The position numbers were made by a program, and so were the translations under genes. Below the pieces are notes generated by a model. The model made no database searches. It saw only the letters and a program-made list of their open reading frames with translations, and was not told the DNA's origin. From Sphagnum compactum (taxonomy: Eukaryota), in contig OZ234493.1 in the NCBI GenBank assembly GCA_965153455.1, positions 17,660,213-17,724,212 of the forward strand: DNA of 64,000 bases, read 5' to 3'. This document shows positions 1 to 13,667 of the stretch, piece by piece. Position 1 is the first letter of the stretch. Every line of letters begins with the position of its first letter.

Positions 1-1044
1 AAGAATTCTCTCCAAGGTTGTTACGCCCATAAGGCCTTAAGCTTAGAGATAGGTGCAAGATCCCTCTCACTTGTACAAAAATGTGTAAGAACCATCATCC
101 TCATACACCTCGTTATTTGCATTAATAACAACGTTTTCTTTGTGTTTTACACTAGCCTAGAGGGAAATTTTGAAATAGTTGTTTAGTATTAATTAGTTTC
201 AATAAATATTTGCAAAAATTATCCATTGAAAATAATTTAAAATTTGTAAAAAATATTTATTAAAAATATTTACAAATTGTTGAAAATACATATTAAAAAC
301 ATATATAAACTATCAAAAACATTTGTTGAAACATTTATTTGGTAACATTTGTCGAAGCTTGAAGTTAAGTTTTCGCACTCATTTGCTAAAACCCCATAGA
401 ATAATAGTTTTTTTTTCAATTATTGCTGGGTCCCTATGCCATTGGCCCAAGTATATTGAAAATCTCTTACAAGTTCACCCATACCCAATATTATTATGGT
501 TAAAGCGGGTTTAATTTAAGAGTTCTTATAAAACACAAATATTGTGAGAAAATCATTTTTTAAAGTTTTGATTATTTTATAGATAAAAAAATATTTTCAA
601 TTTAATAAATCATTATTTGTTGGTTTTAAAATTATGAAACATCGAATACACATAAAGTTGTATCAAAGGTTTTTTGACAATACCAAAAAAGACCTGTAAG
701 GTTCCATTATTTGGGAGGGTTAGAACTAATGTTGGTCAAACATCAAATTATAAGGTTCACATTAAGATATCTATAGGCATTATATATATATATATATATG
801 TAAGCATAAGAAATTTCTAACAATATATTTGTCAAAACATATATGGATTTGAGTTTTTTTTTTTGAAAAAAGTGTCATACATTCCTACATATGTTAGCAA
901 CACCTACTTACAACCATTGTTGTCACCACACATACAACACATAACATAAAAATATCTGAAATGTTATACCATATCCAAATCAAAATTGAAACGATCATGA
1001 ATTTTTTCCAATCACACAAGACCATACACATTTTAAAAATGACA

Positions 1045-1130
1045 TAACTTGTGAAGGAATTGAACCTCAACTAATTATTAAAAACTTTGCCCAATGTAAC
1101 ACATTTGGTTTACTCCAACCACACCCCACT
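1045..1130 (-). mobile_element. SINE-like dispersed repeat, copy A
   Basis: Its reverse complement aligns by eye with 15376-15463. It carries a Pol III B-box-like GGTTCAATTCC. Confidence 0.45.
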
Positions 1131-2604
1131 AAAAACCAATTCAATTACCCTACACAAAAACCCCACCTTTACAAAAACTCAGTCCATATTCAACTCCTAT
1201 AAATTGTGTTTTTTAAAACCTTCTTTTGGATACCTATTACAAAATCCATAAACATTGTGCTTAAGAGACTTCTAGTCCTTCTAGATTCCCACAAATGCAA
1301 GTTTCATTTCCATCTCTTAATCATTCAACCCTTGAAACATAAACCTATAATTTCCCAAGCATATCAAGCTCAAAGATTAGAAAGCCACTAGACCAATTCT
1401 TAATTTTTTAGAGATTTTCATCGCCTTCAATAATGCTTATACATTAAGAAAATCTTTGAAATGAATCCTACAAACTACATTAATTTTCTATGCGAAACGA
1501 AATGAATTTGAAAAACTTGAAGAACAAAACAACAAAGTATGGACATTTTTCTCATAAACGATCATTTCTACACACACCTAGCATGCAACAACAAACCAAC
1601 TCCTTAAAAATTCCTTGTTTCTTCACTTATATAAATCCGTAAGTTGTTAACCAAAGAAAGACACAAGTTCATCCTCCACACGTTTCCTTGTTCCACTTCA
1701 CATCACGCTATCCTCCACATTTTAATTATTCTCCATCACACTTAGCCACTTTCTCCATCACAAATGGCTTGTCTTTGCTTCTTTAAAACAACCTTCATCA
1801 TACTTGTTCAATAACCAAAAGTAGAAAAATGAAGTCACTCGACTCTCTTTTTCACAAACAAGAAAGCTAAACCCTAAAATAAATGATTAACCATCGTTAT
1901 CCAACACCGAAATTACCAATAATGAAAAGTTGATGCCACTCCATCAAGAACATCCATCGTGTTCTCTAGGTCTAGAATGAAACCTTAAATTTAGAATTAT
2001 AATCCAACCAAACAAGGGGTGTGTTGCAATATGCCCTTGCCATTTAGATTTAAAAGTATCTTAAGGCAAAAGAAGGATTATGAAAACTCAAATATTTCCA
2101 CCATCTAAAAATATAATCTTCAAAAAATCCTCTAAAAAAAAACCAAAATCTTTCAAGATATTATAACTCTAGAACTAATCTCAAGTTTCAACACAAGCCA
2201 AAATATCATCTTTTCAAAAATCCTCATAATAAAAATAGACCTATTATTATTATTAGCTAGGGGCCTATAAAAAGCCCTTAAGCTACTATAGTCTATAATG
2301 AATCTAAACACAATATCCTTAAGGGCCTTGGTAGTAGGCAAGGCCAACAAACAAATATAGGTACAAACTACAAACACCCCCTATGGAGGAGGATTTTGCA
2401 GTTTAGGGTTTCCGAGGTTTTAGGGTTTCGAGGTTTGTCGCAGTTTGAACCTTTGTCTGTGCATGCTCTCCAAGGCGATCTGGTGCGGGGAAGAAGCAGG
2501 AGGAGTAGAGGAAGAAGGCGAAGAAGAAGAAGAAGAAAAGAAGGAGAAGAGGAAGGAAACGAAGAAGAATAAGAAGAGATTTGTTGAGGGAGAGAAAGAG
2601 AGAG

Positions 2605-5601
2605 ATGGCCGGGGTGGTAGTGCGACCATTGTGGTGTCGGCTTGATCTAGGTTTCAGGCGAGGAGTAATAAGAACAACAACGACTGGATGGCGGCAGATA
2701 GCTCCGTTTCACTCCCTGTCTCTCCATGGATCTAGTGTCGGTGGAAGGAGAACCAATTTTGTTGGCGGGAGGAAAGGTCGTTACTCGCCCGGATATCGTT
2801 CCTCCAGTAAGTTCAGTTGTTTTGTTTTCCTTTTGTGGTTTTGCAAAGGTGCAGCAGTGAGAGAGTGTAGAAGTGAGGAACAATGAATGGGGGACTGATT
2901 GACTCTCTGACTGACAGAGGAGTGTATGAGCAAGGGATTGTGCAGCAGCATCAGCAGAAGCGGAAGGGGAGAAAACCTGGGGAGGAGGTGGGGGAGGAGG
3001 AGTAGGGCAACAACTCAAGTGGGAAAGAGGAGGAGGTTTTGTGGATAGTTTGGCCAATGTACATTCCAGTGCCATTGTGGAAGTGGGAGCCGTGGTGCAT
3101 GCACATGCACATGTGGGTCCTAACACACACATCTTGTCTGGCTGCATTGTGGGGCCCAATGTGAATGTTGGATCCTCAACCACTCTAGGGTTTGCATCTT
3201 CCCTGTCGCAGTCTCCTCATCTGAGAGAGAGAGAGAGAGAGAACTTTTCCAATTTATGATGCTCAGATAGGTGTTTTTTTGCTTTGCTTCTTTATGGACA
3301 ATCTGCATGGTAGAAGGCATCAGAGGTTTGCATGGTGGGGGATGGTGGGAGTTGCCAGGTACAATGTGGTCCTGCAGAATTGCTCTGTCGGCAATTCTTG
3401 TATTCTTCACAGTGGTGTCTGTGTTGGCCAAGACGGTGTGTACACTATGTCTCTTTCTATCTTTCTTGCTGCAGCACAGTCTACCTTATTTCTCTTTCTT
3501 TCTCTCTGGCCACATTGCAGTCTACACTATGTCTCTTTTTTTCTCTCTTGCTGCAGTGCAGTTTACTTCACTATGTCTTTTTCTGTCTTTCTGCTGCACA
3601 ATGTCTGATTTCCACAACCTGGTACTTGCAGCCCTGCTATATGAGACTTGTGCAAGTGTTAAGAGTCTATGAAAAAATAGTGAACTTGACCTTCTGCTAA
3701 CACAATTTTTTGTGAGATCTGTAATTAGGTTTTGGCTTTATGGTGAATGATGCTGGTGCAGTTGTGAAGAAGCCACAGGTAAAGAGGTCAATCCATTTTT
3801 TTGTTGCAGCTGAAATCACAGCATCAGATTTCCCTTGAATCCACAGAGTTTACTCATGTATGTCCTTGAATTCTTTTTACATGTGATGAAGGGAGAATAG
3901 ATGGGTGAAACATTCTGAGTGATGTCACAATGTGCTTTCTGTCTGCAGTTGTTACAGGTACAGATTGGGAACCATGTAGAGATTGGTGCCAACAGTTGTA
4001 TTGATCGTGGCAGGTTTCTACTCTCATCCTCAGAGAAATAATTGCTGGCAATTTGAACCTTGTGAACTCATCATAGAAACCATGATGGACAGTAGAGATG
4101 CAATTTCATTAAAGTCTTCAGCTTGCTCTTTTTCCAAGAATGCATAGTACATACATACCCACTCGTTTTTCCAGCAGTTTCAAGCATTGCATAACAAGGA
4201 AATACAAGAGTGTCTGTCAAAGATGGGCTAGAATGAGAGGCAGGGGAAAGGCAGTATGGATGTCAGGGCAAGGAGTATGGCCCAATTAATTGTGAGATGG
4301 TGGCAGCTGGCGTGACACCGTGATTGGCGACCACACCAAAATTGACAATCTCGTCCAAGTATTTTGATATGCCTGCTTCTTCCTTCTTCTTTGAGGTCCT
4401 TGAAGGTGACAGTGATTTGTAGAGTTAAGGTTTTAAGAAGTTGCCTTCAAGCAGCTGATCACCTTCACTTGCCCAATTTTCTTCTTCCTTAGTACTGATC
4501 ATCTGACTTTTCGGCTTTTTGTTGCGTGTGCTTGTCTATATCAAGCTGATATAAAATCTCTATGGATTTGCAATGATGTTGATATTGGAATTGTTAACTG
4601 ATGATGCTGTAGATTGGGCACAATGTGGTGGTCGGCCGCTGTTGCATGTTGTGTGGACAGGTTGGTCTTGCTGGCTCTGTCACGTAAGCTTCTCTACATC
4701 CACTCTCTCTCTTATGCAATTCACTAAAAATGTTACACCACTTATTGGCACCAAAGATGTGCAAGATGCAGAATAACACCCATCAGGACCTTCAGCAAGA
4801 AACAAAGTTTTTAGCTCACTTCACCTGCAGTCACTTTTTTCTGCAGTTTGTTGCTGAGGCCTTTCAACTTATGCTTTGCTTGTTTGTCATGCTGGCAGTC
4901 TTGGTGACTACGTAGTGTTGGGAGGAAAGGCAGGTGTGTCAGATCATGTGTCTGTTGCCTCCAAGGTATTTGCATACTGCTTTTTCCCCTAAATTTGTGA
5001 AAGGAACAGTTCTGGTAGTCGGATGTTGTACTTGAGGGTTGAATTCCATATCTTCTATTTTTCATGTTTGCAAAACCAGTTCTTATTGGAAAAAATATCT
5101 GTCCTGCAACAATCTTGTAGAAGTTCTGTGGAATGCAAACGCAGTGTTGATTTAGGAGCTGAATTTGCCATTGTGGGGACAGGTGCGGGTGGCAGCCAAG
5201 AGTGGTGTAGTGTCCAATATTGAAGAGCCTGGTGACTATGCTGGCTTTCCTGCGGTGTGTTTCTCTCTATTTCTCCCTCTCCCTTTGATTGAGGCATCTC
5301 ACACATCCTCTTTCTCACAGTCTCCACCACACTAAGAAACTAAAGTGGGCATGTGGTCTTATGACCAGTATAGGCTAGGGCAGGTGATGTGTCAAATGCA
5401 TCTCTGACATTACACACCAATATGGATGTCCCCTGATGAGAAGTTTAAGGAAACTGTCCATTGCTCTGCTGTGGGCAGGTGAGGGCACAGGAGTGGCGGA
5501 GATCAATTGTGGCTCTCCGAAGGTTTGGTAGGCCTTCATCACAAATGAATACACCAGATCTGGAATATAGAGCAGAGGATGCAGATAACAAGATTCAATA
5601 A
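2605..5601 (+). CDS. LPXD: UDP-3-O-acylglucosamine N-acyltransferase (LpxD-like), probable mitochondrial; 10 exons, ~340 aa
   Basis: Manual GT-AG splicing of exons 2605-2806, 2946-3189, 3359-3435, 3729-3778, 3949-4013, 4307-4358, 4613-4683, 4899-4965, 5183-5254, 5479-5601 gives a 1023-nt open frame. It contains hexapeptide repeats and LpxD motifs ([62 protein letters not shown]..EWRR). The Arg/Ser-rich N-terminus resembles a mitochondrial presequence. The exon 2 acceptor is the least certain boundary. Confidence 0.93.
3441..3600. repeat. Short imperfect tandem repeat (~40 bp unit, ~4 copies) in LpxD intron 3
   Basis: Recurrent tacactatgtct(c/t)ttt...tctttcttgctgca units. Confidence 0.6.
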
Positions 5602-8039
5602 GGAGGTTCACTTCCCACATCGCCAGTAGCCACCTACTACACCTGCCTTTCAATTCACCAAGAGTCAGAAGCCACAATTCCCCACCCTTTTCCCCTCCCT
5701 GTTGTTGCTGTAGGTTTGCTGGAGTTGTTTGTTCACAAGGCAAGTCACAATTCCCCACCCTCTAAGTTCCAGGTGCCCCCAACGAAGGCATCTGGTCAAA
5801 GCTATTTGTCCCGGAAGTTGACAATTGGTCACAGAAGTGAAACACCAAATGACAATACACATGTGCCCTACTGCAAGTACCTTCAAATATAGATGTTTGA
5901 TCTTGAGAGGGGAGACTTGGCAATTTAGAGAAGAGATGAGGCGAACTGGATGTGAAACAGCCAAAAAAGTTGGGAAATGCATGGGATGGTGATGGGATTC
6001 TCGTCATCCAAATGACATGCTTATTTGATATATTGTTGGCTCTCGAAAGGGGAGATGAATCACAGGAAGTAAAAGACTATGACTTGAAGTAAGGACAATG
6101 TCTGATATGGGTTATCCCATGCCTGCAAGAGCAATTCAAGAAAATGCAAACATAGGGGTTTTTATATGACTTGCAATGACATTTTTCCTTTATGGTTATT
6201 CGTATATGTGTTTATATCTCATGCTTGCCAAAAAGCTTTTGGATGAAACGCTGGAATGATATGTCCAAAGATTGATCTGCTGTTTTGGATTGGGACTTGA
6301 TAAAAAAAAGAAGCCCTATTCCACCATTTGTGCTTGAATTGAACTTACGCAGTTGCCATGGCCATTATCTATTGATTGCACTCGTATTGACATTGCAAGC
6401 ATATTTTATAGGATGTCAAAGATGACATTTATTGAGCTTAACATAGATTGCACAACATTTGTCAAAAGTTTCAAAACTAGTTTTCATCCAATAATAAAAT
6501 TATCCATCCACTTATTAGGGGGGAAAAAAGCCCCAATTTTGGCTAGACAAAACATGAAATATATGTGTAGCATGGTGCAATTTTTTTACAAAAGGAAATA
6601 ATAAGGTGCAAAGTTATAAGCTTTTGCACCGAAATTGGTGCAAAAATTAGTTTGTGAGACTATTTCATTTTTTCATGGTTTTTTTTGTGTGATGTCTCAA
6701 TGTGTAAGGTTCTTGTGTGAACAACAAAAAATGTTTTTTTCTATGTGAATATGTTTGCAAATGCGAACGTTTGAGAGTGTAAAATGACATAAAGAAGTGA
6801 GAAAACAAGCATAATGGGAGTTTGTTGTGAGGTTTTAAAAAGGGGGATATTCTTCTTTCAATTTACAAAATACGAGAATAAAAATATAGGGTCCCATATA
6901 TTGGTTGTTAGTAGAATTTAATTAAGTTCTAAAACAAGGTTGTGTTTATTTAAAAAACCAAAAAAAAAAACTAATATTGGGTATAAATTAATCCATGGTA
7001 ACAAAATAAATAAAAATATAACATATGTATAAAACATTTCAGGTATTAGTTGTAAGTAGGTTCAATTATTAGATTAGCAAGTAAATAAATATTAATAAGT
7101 TTTATATGTTCAATTAATAAGTTAGTAAATGAATTACTATTAATAAATTACTAATCAAATGTTAATTTACTAGGATGTTAGTTATTAAGTAATATTTCTA
7201 AATCTCTATCTAATAGCTTGTTAAGGTTCAAACAAATTGTTGCTTTAATTACCCCACTCCATGTTTTCAACTACTTGCCATGTTTCCTTACCTTAACTCT
7301 CTCCAAGGGGTTATTGTTCCAAGGAATCATCCATAACATCAACATGACGTGCAAAGTTAAAAGCACCATAATAAATTTGTTAGACCCAACATATACAATG
7401 GGTTAAGAATTTTAATCCAGTCACGTATATTTTATTGTGATCATGTGAGGTGTTAAACATGCAATATTGCAAAGTCATATGAATTATTGGTAGGTCAAGT
7501 TTTTTGTTATGTTTCTATGGTTCCATTTGTGTATTAGGAACTAGCTAACGATTGAACTTGCACTAGTTAATATTAATATATCAAATTATATGATGTATTG
7601 GCAATTACTATTGTCTAAATCCATAATATCATATGTTTATGTTGTAATGGAAACTTACATTGGCCATAAAATTTGTTGACCTTGCTTTTAACAAAGCAAA
7701 TTGCTCACAAGCATTGAGACAACCAATCTTGCACGTCACAACTTATTGTGTAATTGATCCACAATTGAAAAAACAATTTTGATTTCCTTTCTAGCTCCAA
7801 GCTTCCTAAAACTAAAAAATAAATAAAAATACATGGTATTGAAATTGGATGCAAATAAAAAAATTATAATTAAATGTAGGTTGGTTGAAGTATGTGCATA
7901 TTAAAAAAAAAAAGTAATAATAGGGTGAGGGAAAATAAAATCGATCATATAATACCCCCCTCCCCTCCCCCATTCTTGTTTAAAGCATGTAGTTTAGAAT
8001 TTTAACATTTAGTCTCCCCCTAAGAAGGTTTTTAGACTA

Positions 8040-8750
8040 TGTAACAATTGATGACTTTTTGATGAATTTTCAAGTCAAAACGAACTTAGATTTGGGTTTG
8101 TGAGTGACATGGAAGCTAGGGCAACATGTAATGAGTATGTGTGAAGAACTTTCAAGTTGAAATAATTTTAGATTTGAGTTTTTTTTATGAACTTGAAACT
8201 AGAGCACACCATGTAATGAAATTTTTTTATGCACTTTCAAGTCAAGACAAACTTGAATTTGGGTTTGTGAGTGACTTGGAAGTTAGGGTAGCATGTAATG
8301 AAGCTTTGTGATGAACTTTCAAGCAAAAACAATATTGGATTTGGCTTTGTGATAAAAATTGAAAATATGGTAGCATGTACTGAGGCTTTGTGATGAATTT
8401 TCAAGCCAATTTGTTTTTTGGATTTTGGTTTATGATGTTCTTGGAGCTAGGGAAACATGTATTGTGACTTTGTGAGGAACTTGAAAGCCAAAAAGAAGTT
8501 GAATTTTGGTTTATGATATTCTTAGAACTAGGGAAACATGTTTCATGGCTTTGTGGATGAACTTGAAAGCAAAACAAATTTGGATTTGGATTTGTGAGTG
8601 ACTTGGAGCGAGGGCAACATGTATTATGACTTTGTGATGAAACTTGAAAACTAACACAACATGTAACATGACTTTTTGATCAAATTTGTAGCTCTACAAA
8701 CCAAATCCATGCCTTTGGGACCTAAGGCAACATGTTATTTGGTTTTGTGA
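8040..8750. repeat. Degenerate tandem repeat, ~82-bp unit, ~8 copies
   Basis: The unit gatttgggtttgtgagtgacttggaagctagggcaacatgtaatgag...gaactttcaag recurs near 8088, 8168, 8253, 8336, 8420, 8500 and 8580. Confidence 0.85.
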
Positions 8751-11700
8751 TTGTAAAAAAACTTTGTCATAAAATCATAAAAAAAGGTGCCCAAAAGTGC
8801 AAACCTTAAGAAATCCCTCAAGTGGAAATCTCCCCCCCCAAAAAAAAGTTTTAAATTTTATTTCATCTTTTATTTTTATGAATGGTCTCCAATTTTCAGA
8901 TTTCATCCCCAAATTTGATGACTTTATGGATAACCAAAAATAGGGGATGAGAATGGGACAAGGGACGAGATTGGGTGTGGGATTCGGGGAGGAATTTACA
9001 TATAGTTTTGATTTTAAATACTAAATCATCATTTATAACAAAATTAATCCATGAACATCCCACCTTTCATCCATCATAGATTTAATCGGATGAACATTAT
9101 CTAACCATGCTCAAAATCCACATGCCCTATTATGCAAATTATGAAAACCATTTGTGTTACGGAACATGTCAAGTCCCGGCAACCTTGCCCATTTTGCTGC
9201 CCGTCCAAAAAAAAATCAGCTCATCCTACTAAGCTTGCCTGAATTTTTTTTCAGAGGCGCCTCCCGGGCAGAATAGTATAACCCCGCACATTCCACACCA
9301 CATAACAGGTTTTGGGTGTCCAATCCAAAGTACATTATTGAGGGTTTTTTTTAAGAAAAATTTATTTTTATTTTTTTTGGGGGGGAATGTGTCTTGGTTA
9401 GAATATCCTTTGTGGCAGATGATTATATTAATTAATTTTTTTAAAAATAAAAAATCAACAAAAGAATTGCATAATCTTATAACTTCACTTTTTCTCTCCA
9501 AAACATTATGGAGACTAACCTAGTTGTGTACATAGAGTTAGTGTTGTGTGTGTAAGTGTGAATGATTGTAATTGCAATTTTTAAGTGTGAAGTTGTAATG
9601 AAATCAATATGTGTAAGTGTGAAATCAAAAAATCGAACAAAATTATTTGCAAGTTTTGTTCAATATTAGTTCCCGATTGAATGAAGCTTTCAAAATATTG
9701 GTCCCATTTTGGTAATTCGTAGGGTAATTCGTAGTTTTGAGCATCCATGAAGATTACCCTATTGAGGAGCACAACAACATTTCAAGCAAGACCATTGTCG
9801 CAAATGGGTTGAGTTGTTATTATTTTGGTTGTTTTGTTTTTCTTTGGGGTTTGATCCCTCCTCCTCCAACTAATATTTTCATTTGAAATCTTTCTTGACA
9901 TAAAAGTGGAAGGCTATATTATCGGGGGACACAAATGATAACCTAACTTGGAACTATTAGGAACATTTATCAATGGGAAGAAAATTTAAGGGTTTAAATT
10001 AAATTATGGAGGATTATTTTGAGCACGTTTTGTTAAGAATTTTGGGAACACTCGTTTTGGGGACAATGTTTGAAAACATTTGTCGGAAACTTTGAGAACA
10101 TTTTGTGAGACAAATTTGGGAAACAAGATTTTCACAATCAAGTAAACAAGTTTCAATATTTTGGGATATAGGGAAATATTATCGATAAATTAATGGGAAA
10201 AAAAAAACAATATTGTGAAGGACTTGTTTGGGAATTTGAGTGGGGACTTTGGAAACAAATTTGTGAAATAGACAAACGACTTTGGGTAGGCCTTTAGAGT
10301 TAATTGGGGTGGTCATTTGAGGATAAAATTAAGGGCCAATGTGACCATCCTTGCAATAAAAACATTCATTGTCACCATTTGTTTGTGCTATGGTTTTTAT
10401 AGGCCACTTTTTACTAGGTTCCAACAAATGTTTTTTTTTTACCAGATTTTGTTTTTAGTTGTAAAGAAGTTGTTAAAAATCTCCATTGCCTCCTTCCTTA
10501 TCCAAGAGAGTCCAAAAAAAAAGAAAAAAGGAAAGAAAAAAGCAAATGAAACTCAAGGCAAAAAAACAAAAAGGATGATGATTTGAACCCATCCCCAGCC
10601 CATGTGCAAAACAAACAAAACCAAATGAGAAGGGGATCCATTGAAGTGAAATAAGCCATTAGCAAGATTTGAACCCACCACCCATCTGATCTGCTAAAGC
10701 TTTTAGCATCATGTGGTCATGATGCTTAGGTCAATAATAGAGAGCTGTTTTTCAAAGGAGAATCTCAAGAAACAAACCATGGTTGGATTAAAAAAAGCTC
10801 AACAATATGGACCTAAATTTGACCATCCATAGTAACCTATAACTTGACCTAAATTATACCAAAGGTACTGCTATGTCCCCCAAAAATGATTTTGTAAACC
10901 CTAAAAGACAAAGAACTCTTGATTATCAATATCTAGAATAAAACAAAAGCAACCCAAAAAAGAAAAAAAGAAAAAAAGCTTTACTATCTCCTTGAGAGGA
11001 AGAAAAAAAAGGCTTGTTTAGCCCCTAAAGAATGAGATGGAGGTTTTTGTCCATTTTCAAAATTTTGAGTATCACCACATTATCTATCTAGTTTCAAAAG
11101 CAAGCAAAAGTCTAGAAGAAGGTTTGAAGTGGTGTTTTTCTAATCGATAGATGAGTTCAATATACGATTCTTAATTGATAATCTAATTCCAATTTTTCCC
11201 TTTGTCATCATCCCATGTGATGATTTAATTGCGATTTCAGTTTTTCTTGTTTGCCAATCTATCTACTAAGGAAGGTAGTGTGTTTGTTTTGTTTTGTTTG
11301 GTTGTCATATTGAGATGTCCCTAACAATGATGTGCCCCGCCCACTCACCATGCTCTTGATATCGGTGGAAAGCCCTTGAAAAGTAGGGTTACAATTAGAT
11401 GGTTTCATTCTTCTTTTCACCCCTTGGTGGAGAAATTATTGAATATTGAACAATTTTGACAACCCTAATAATTGTGTTTGGTTTCACATTTGCGTAGTAT
11501 TTTCACTTTCATTTACACACATTGATTGAAGGAGAAAGGGTTGTGTGTTTGTTTGTTTGCTTTTTTTCATGCACTAGTCTTTCCAACTCTTTGTTGGTTG
11601 ACTCCATATCACTACCACCATAGTAGTTCCCAGTCCATTGGGGGCCATGAGAAAGTATGTACCCACATGGCCTGGATTGTAGTGCCACGTGAGGAGTCGG

Positions 11701-13278
11701 CCAAATCTAAGCTCAACACGGCAAACCCTCCTCCCTCCCCACCCCCCCATTACGTACGTCCTTGCCTTGCATGATCATATACACAAATTCCAAGCATGGT
11801 TGGATATAAGATCCGAGGGTAAGGCCAAGAAGGTCTTGACAATTCCTCATGCGTTTTGTGTGTATTGATTCGACAAACAACAAATGTTCACAAATGTGTA
11901 TAAAATGTTTCCAAGGTAATTTTCATATGTTTCATATTAGTGTTTCCTAGGTAGTTTTTATGTTTCATATTTTCCAATACCCATTGCTCAACATTAACTC
12001 TAGTTCTTATTTTAGATTAAAATCCAACATGCAAACTTGCTTAACTTTATAAACCTTGCCAACAACAACACAAGCAAATTGCCAAGTTGTTAAGGCTATT
12101 ATTATTAAATTTCAAATCCATATAAGAAGTATTCATTCATGAAGAAGACCTCCAAAAGTAATTTTGGTATTTGGATTAAGGTTTAAGGATTAAGGCAATA
12201 ATCATGGTTCACAAATTGTTTATTGGATAAGTTTATAAAATATACAACCTCAAATAAACAATAATGAAACAATGGATTTATGGTAGTTTTGTATAACACT
12301 AGATGTTGTGTCCAACTTAGTTATAAACATTAGATATTGTCATGGTTATATTTATTTATTTATTACCATAAACCATTTTTTCCAAGATTGTTATTAGGAT
12401 AAACTAATGGCAAAAACTCTACTAACAAATTCTGATTCGATTGCTCTTCATCTTATGACTACAATTAGCTCTTTTGCGAAGTGAACATTTTGTACATACC
12501 CAATACAAATTGTCTTCACCAAGGACTCAAGAAACTCTTTATTCCCACTCTTTACAAGGGGCGACTATACCCAAATTCAACTAATAGGTATTATATGATG
12601 TCATTTTATGCAAAAGTAGATTGTGGACATAATTATCTTGTATAACAAAACATATCAATTGGAGTATTCCTTCACATAAGCATTAATTGAATGCAAGTTT
12701 CGATTAATCCTTTCACAATTCATTGCAATACGTGTATGCGATTGTGTTGAGGATTCAAGTCCATGTGATATGTTCGTATTGAACATGTTTGAGCAACAAA
12801 AAAAATTGGAAAACTTATTTTGTGACTTCATGTTTGACATACGATTTATACTTAATCCCATAATAACATAATTGCATGAATTTCTATTTAAGAATGCAAT
12901 GACCCATCATTATAAAAAAAAATTTAAAAAAAACGAACACTTTCTTTAGGATTTCCATTTGTGTCAATAAATAAAATTAAAAATTGAACACTTTGTTAAT
13001 AATGCTTTTCCTCATTCCTTCATTTCCATGCATTGTGAACTCAAGTAGGAATTCAACCCCTAGTTTTGTATTGTTGCGTAGAAATTAAATTACATGGTTT
13101 TAAAGACTAGTTCAAGCATAGACAAACCGTTTCCTTCCACCCAAAAATACCGATTCCTCGTCTCTCCAAAAAAAAGTGGGTTCTCTCGAATGGTCGTAGC
13201 ACAAAACGTCGTACATACCCCCCGTACATCTAACTTTTGAAGTTGTCGAGTGTGGGTGTGTAGTAGTAGTGTTATCGA

Positions 13279-13299
13279 TTTAGGGTTTAGGGTTTAGGG
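13279..13299 (+). repeat. Interstitial plant telomere repeat / telobox cluster (TTTAGGG)x3
   Basis: Exact tttagggtttagggtttaggg. Further short clusters occur near 2402-2427, 14240-14272 and 17158-17177. Confidence 0.8.
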
Positions 13300-13636
13300 T
13301 TATGTGCAAACCATAAGTATCATGAATATATGGTTCCCATTCTCAAGAAGAATGGAAATCCCAAGCGCATAATAATTTTTCCCTTTGTTGTTATACAAGT
13401 CTTTCTCTCTCTCTCTCTCTTTTTCTCTCTTCGTCTCTACTCACAAATTATCTTCCATAATCTCTTGCTTAAACCCTAGGGGTGGTGGGTCATGCACAAG
13501 CAACCCCGTCCCTAGCTAGCTCCGTACAAGCCTTCTTTTCGGCCTTGGGAAGGCACCCGAGAAGCCTTTTCATGTATCGATCACTCTATCTATCGGCTTA
13601 TTGCATGTAATGCGGGTTTCTTGGTCTCGAGGCTCT

Positions 13637-13667
<31 letters not shown>

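Noticed and set aside
2420..2645. Glu/Lys-rich ORF upstream of LpxD
   Set aside because: GA-rich 5' leader sequence with a non-ATG start and low complexity.
10645..10705. Possible tRNA gene on the minus strand
   Set aside because: Only a T-loop-like motif is present and no cloverleaf can be built.
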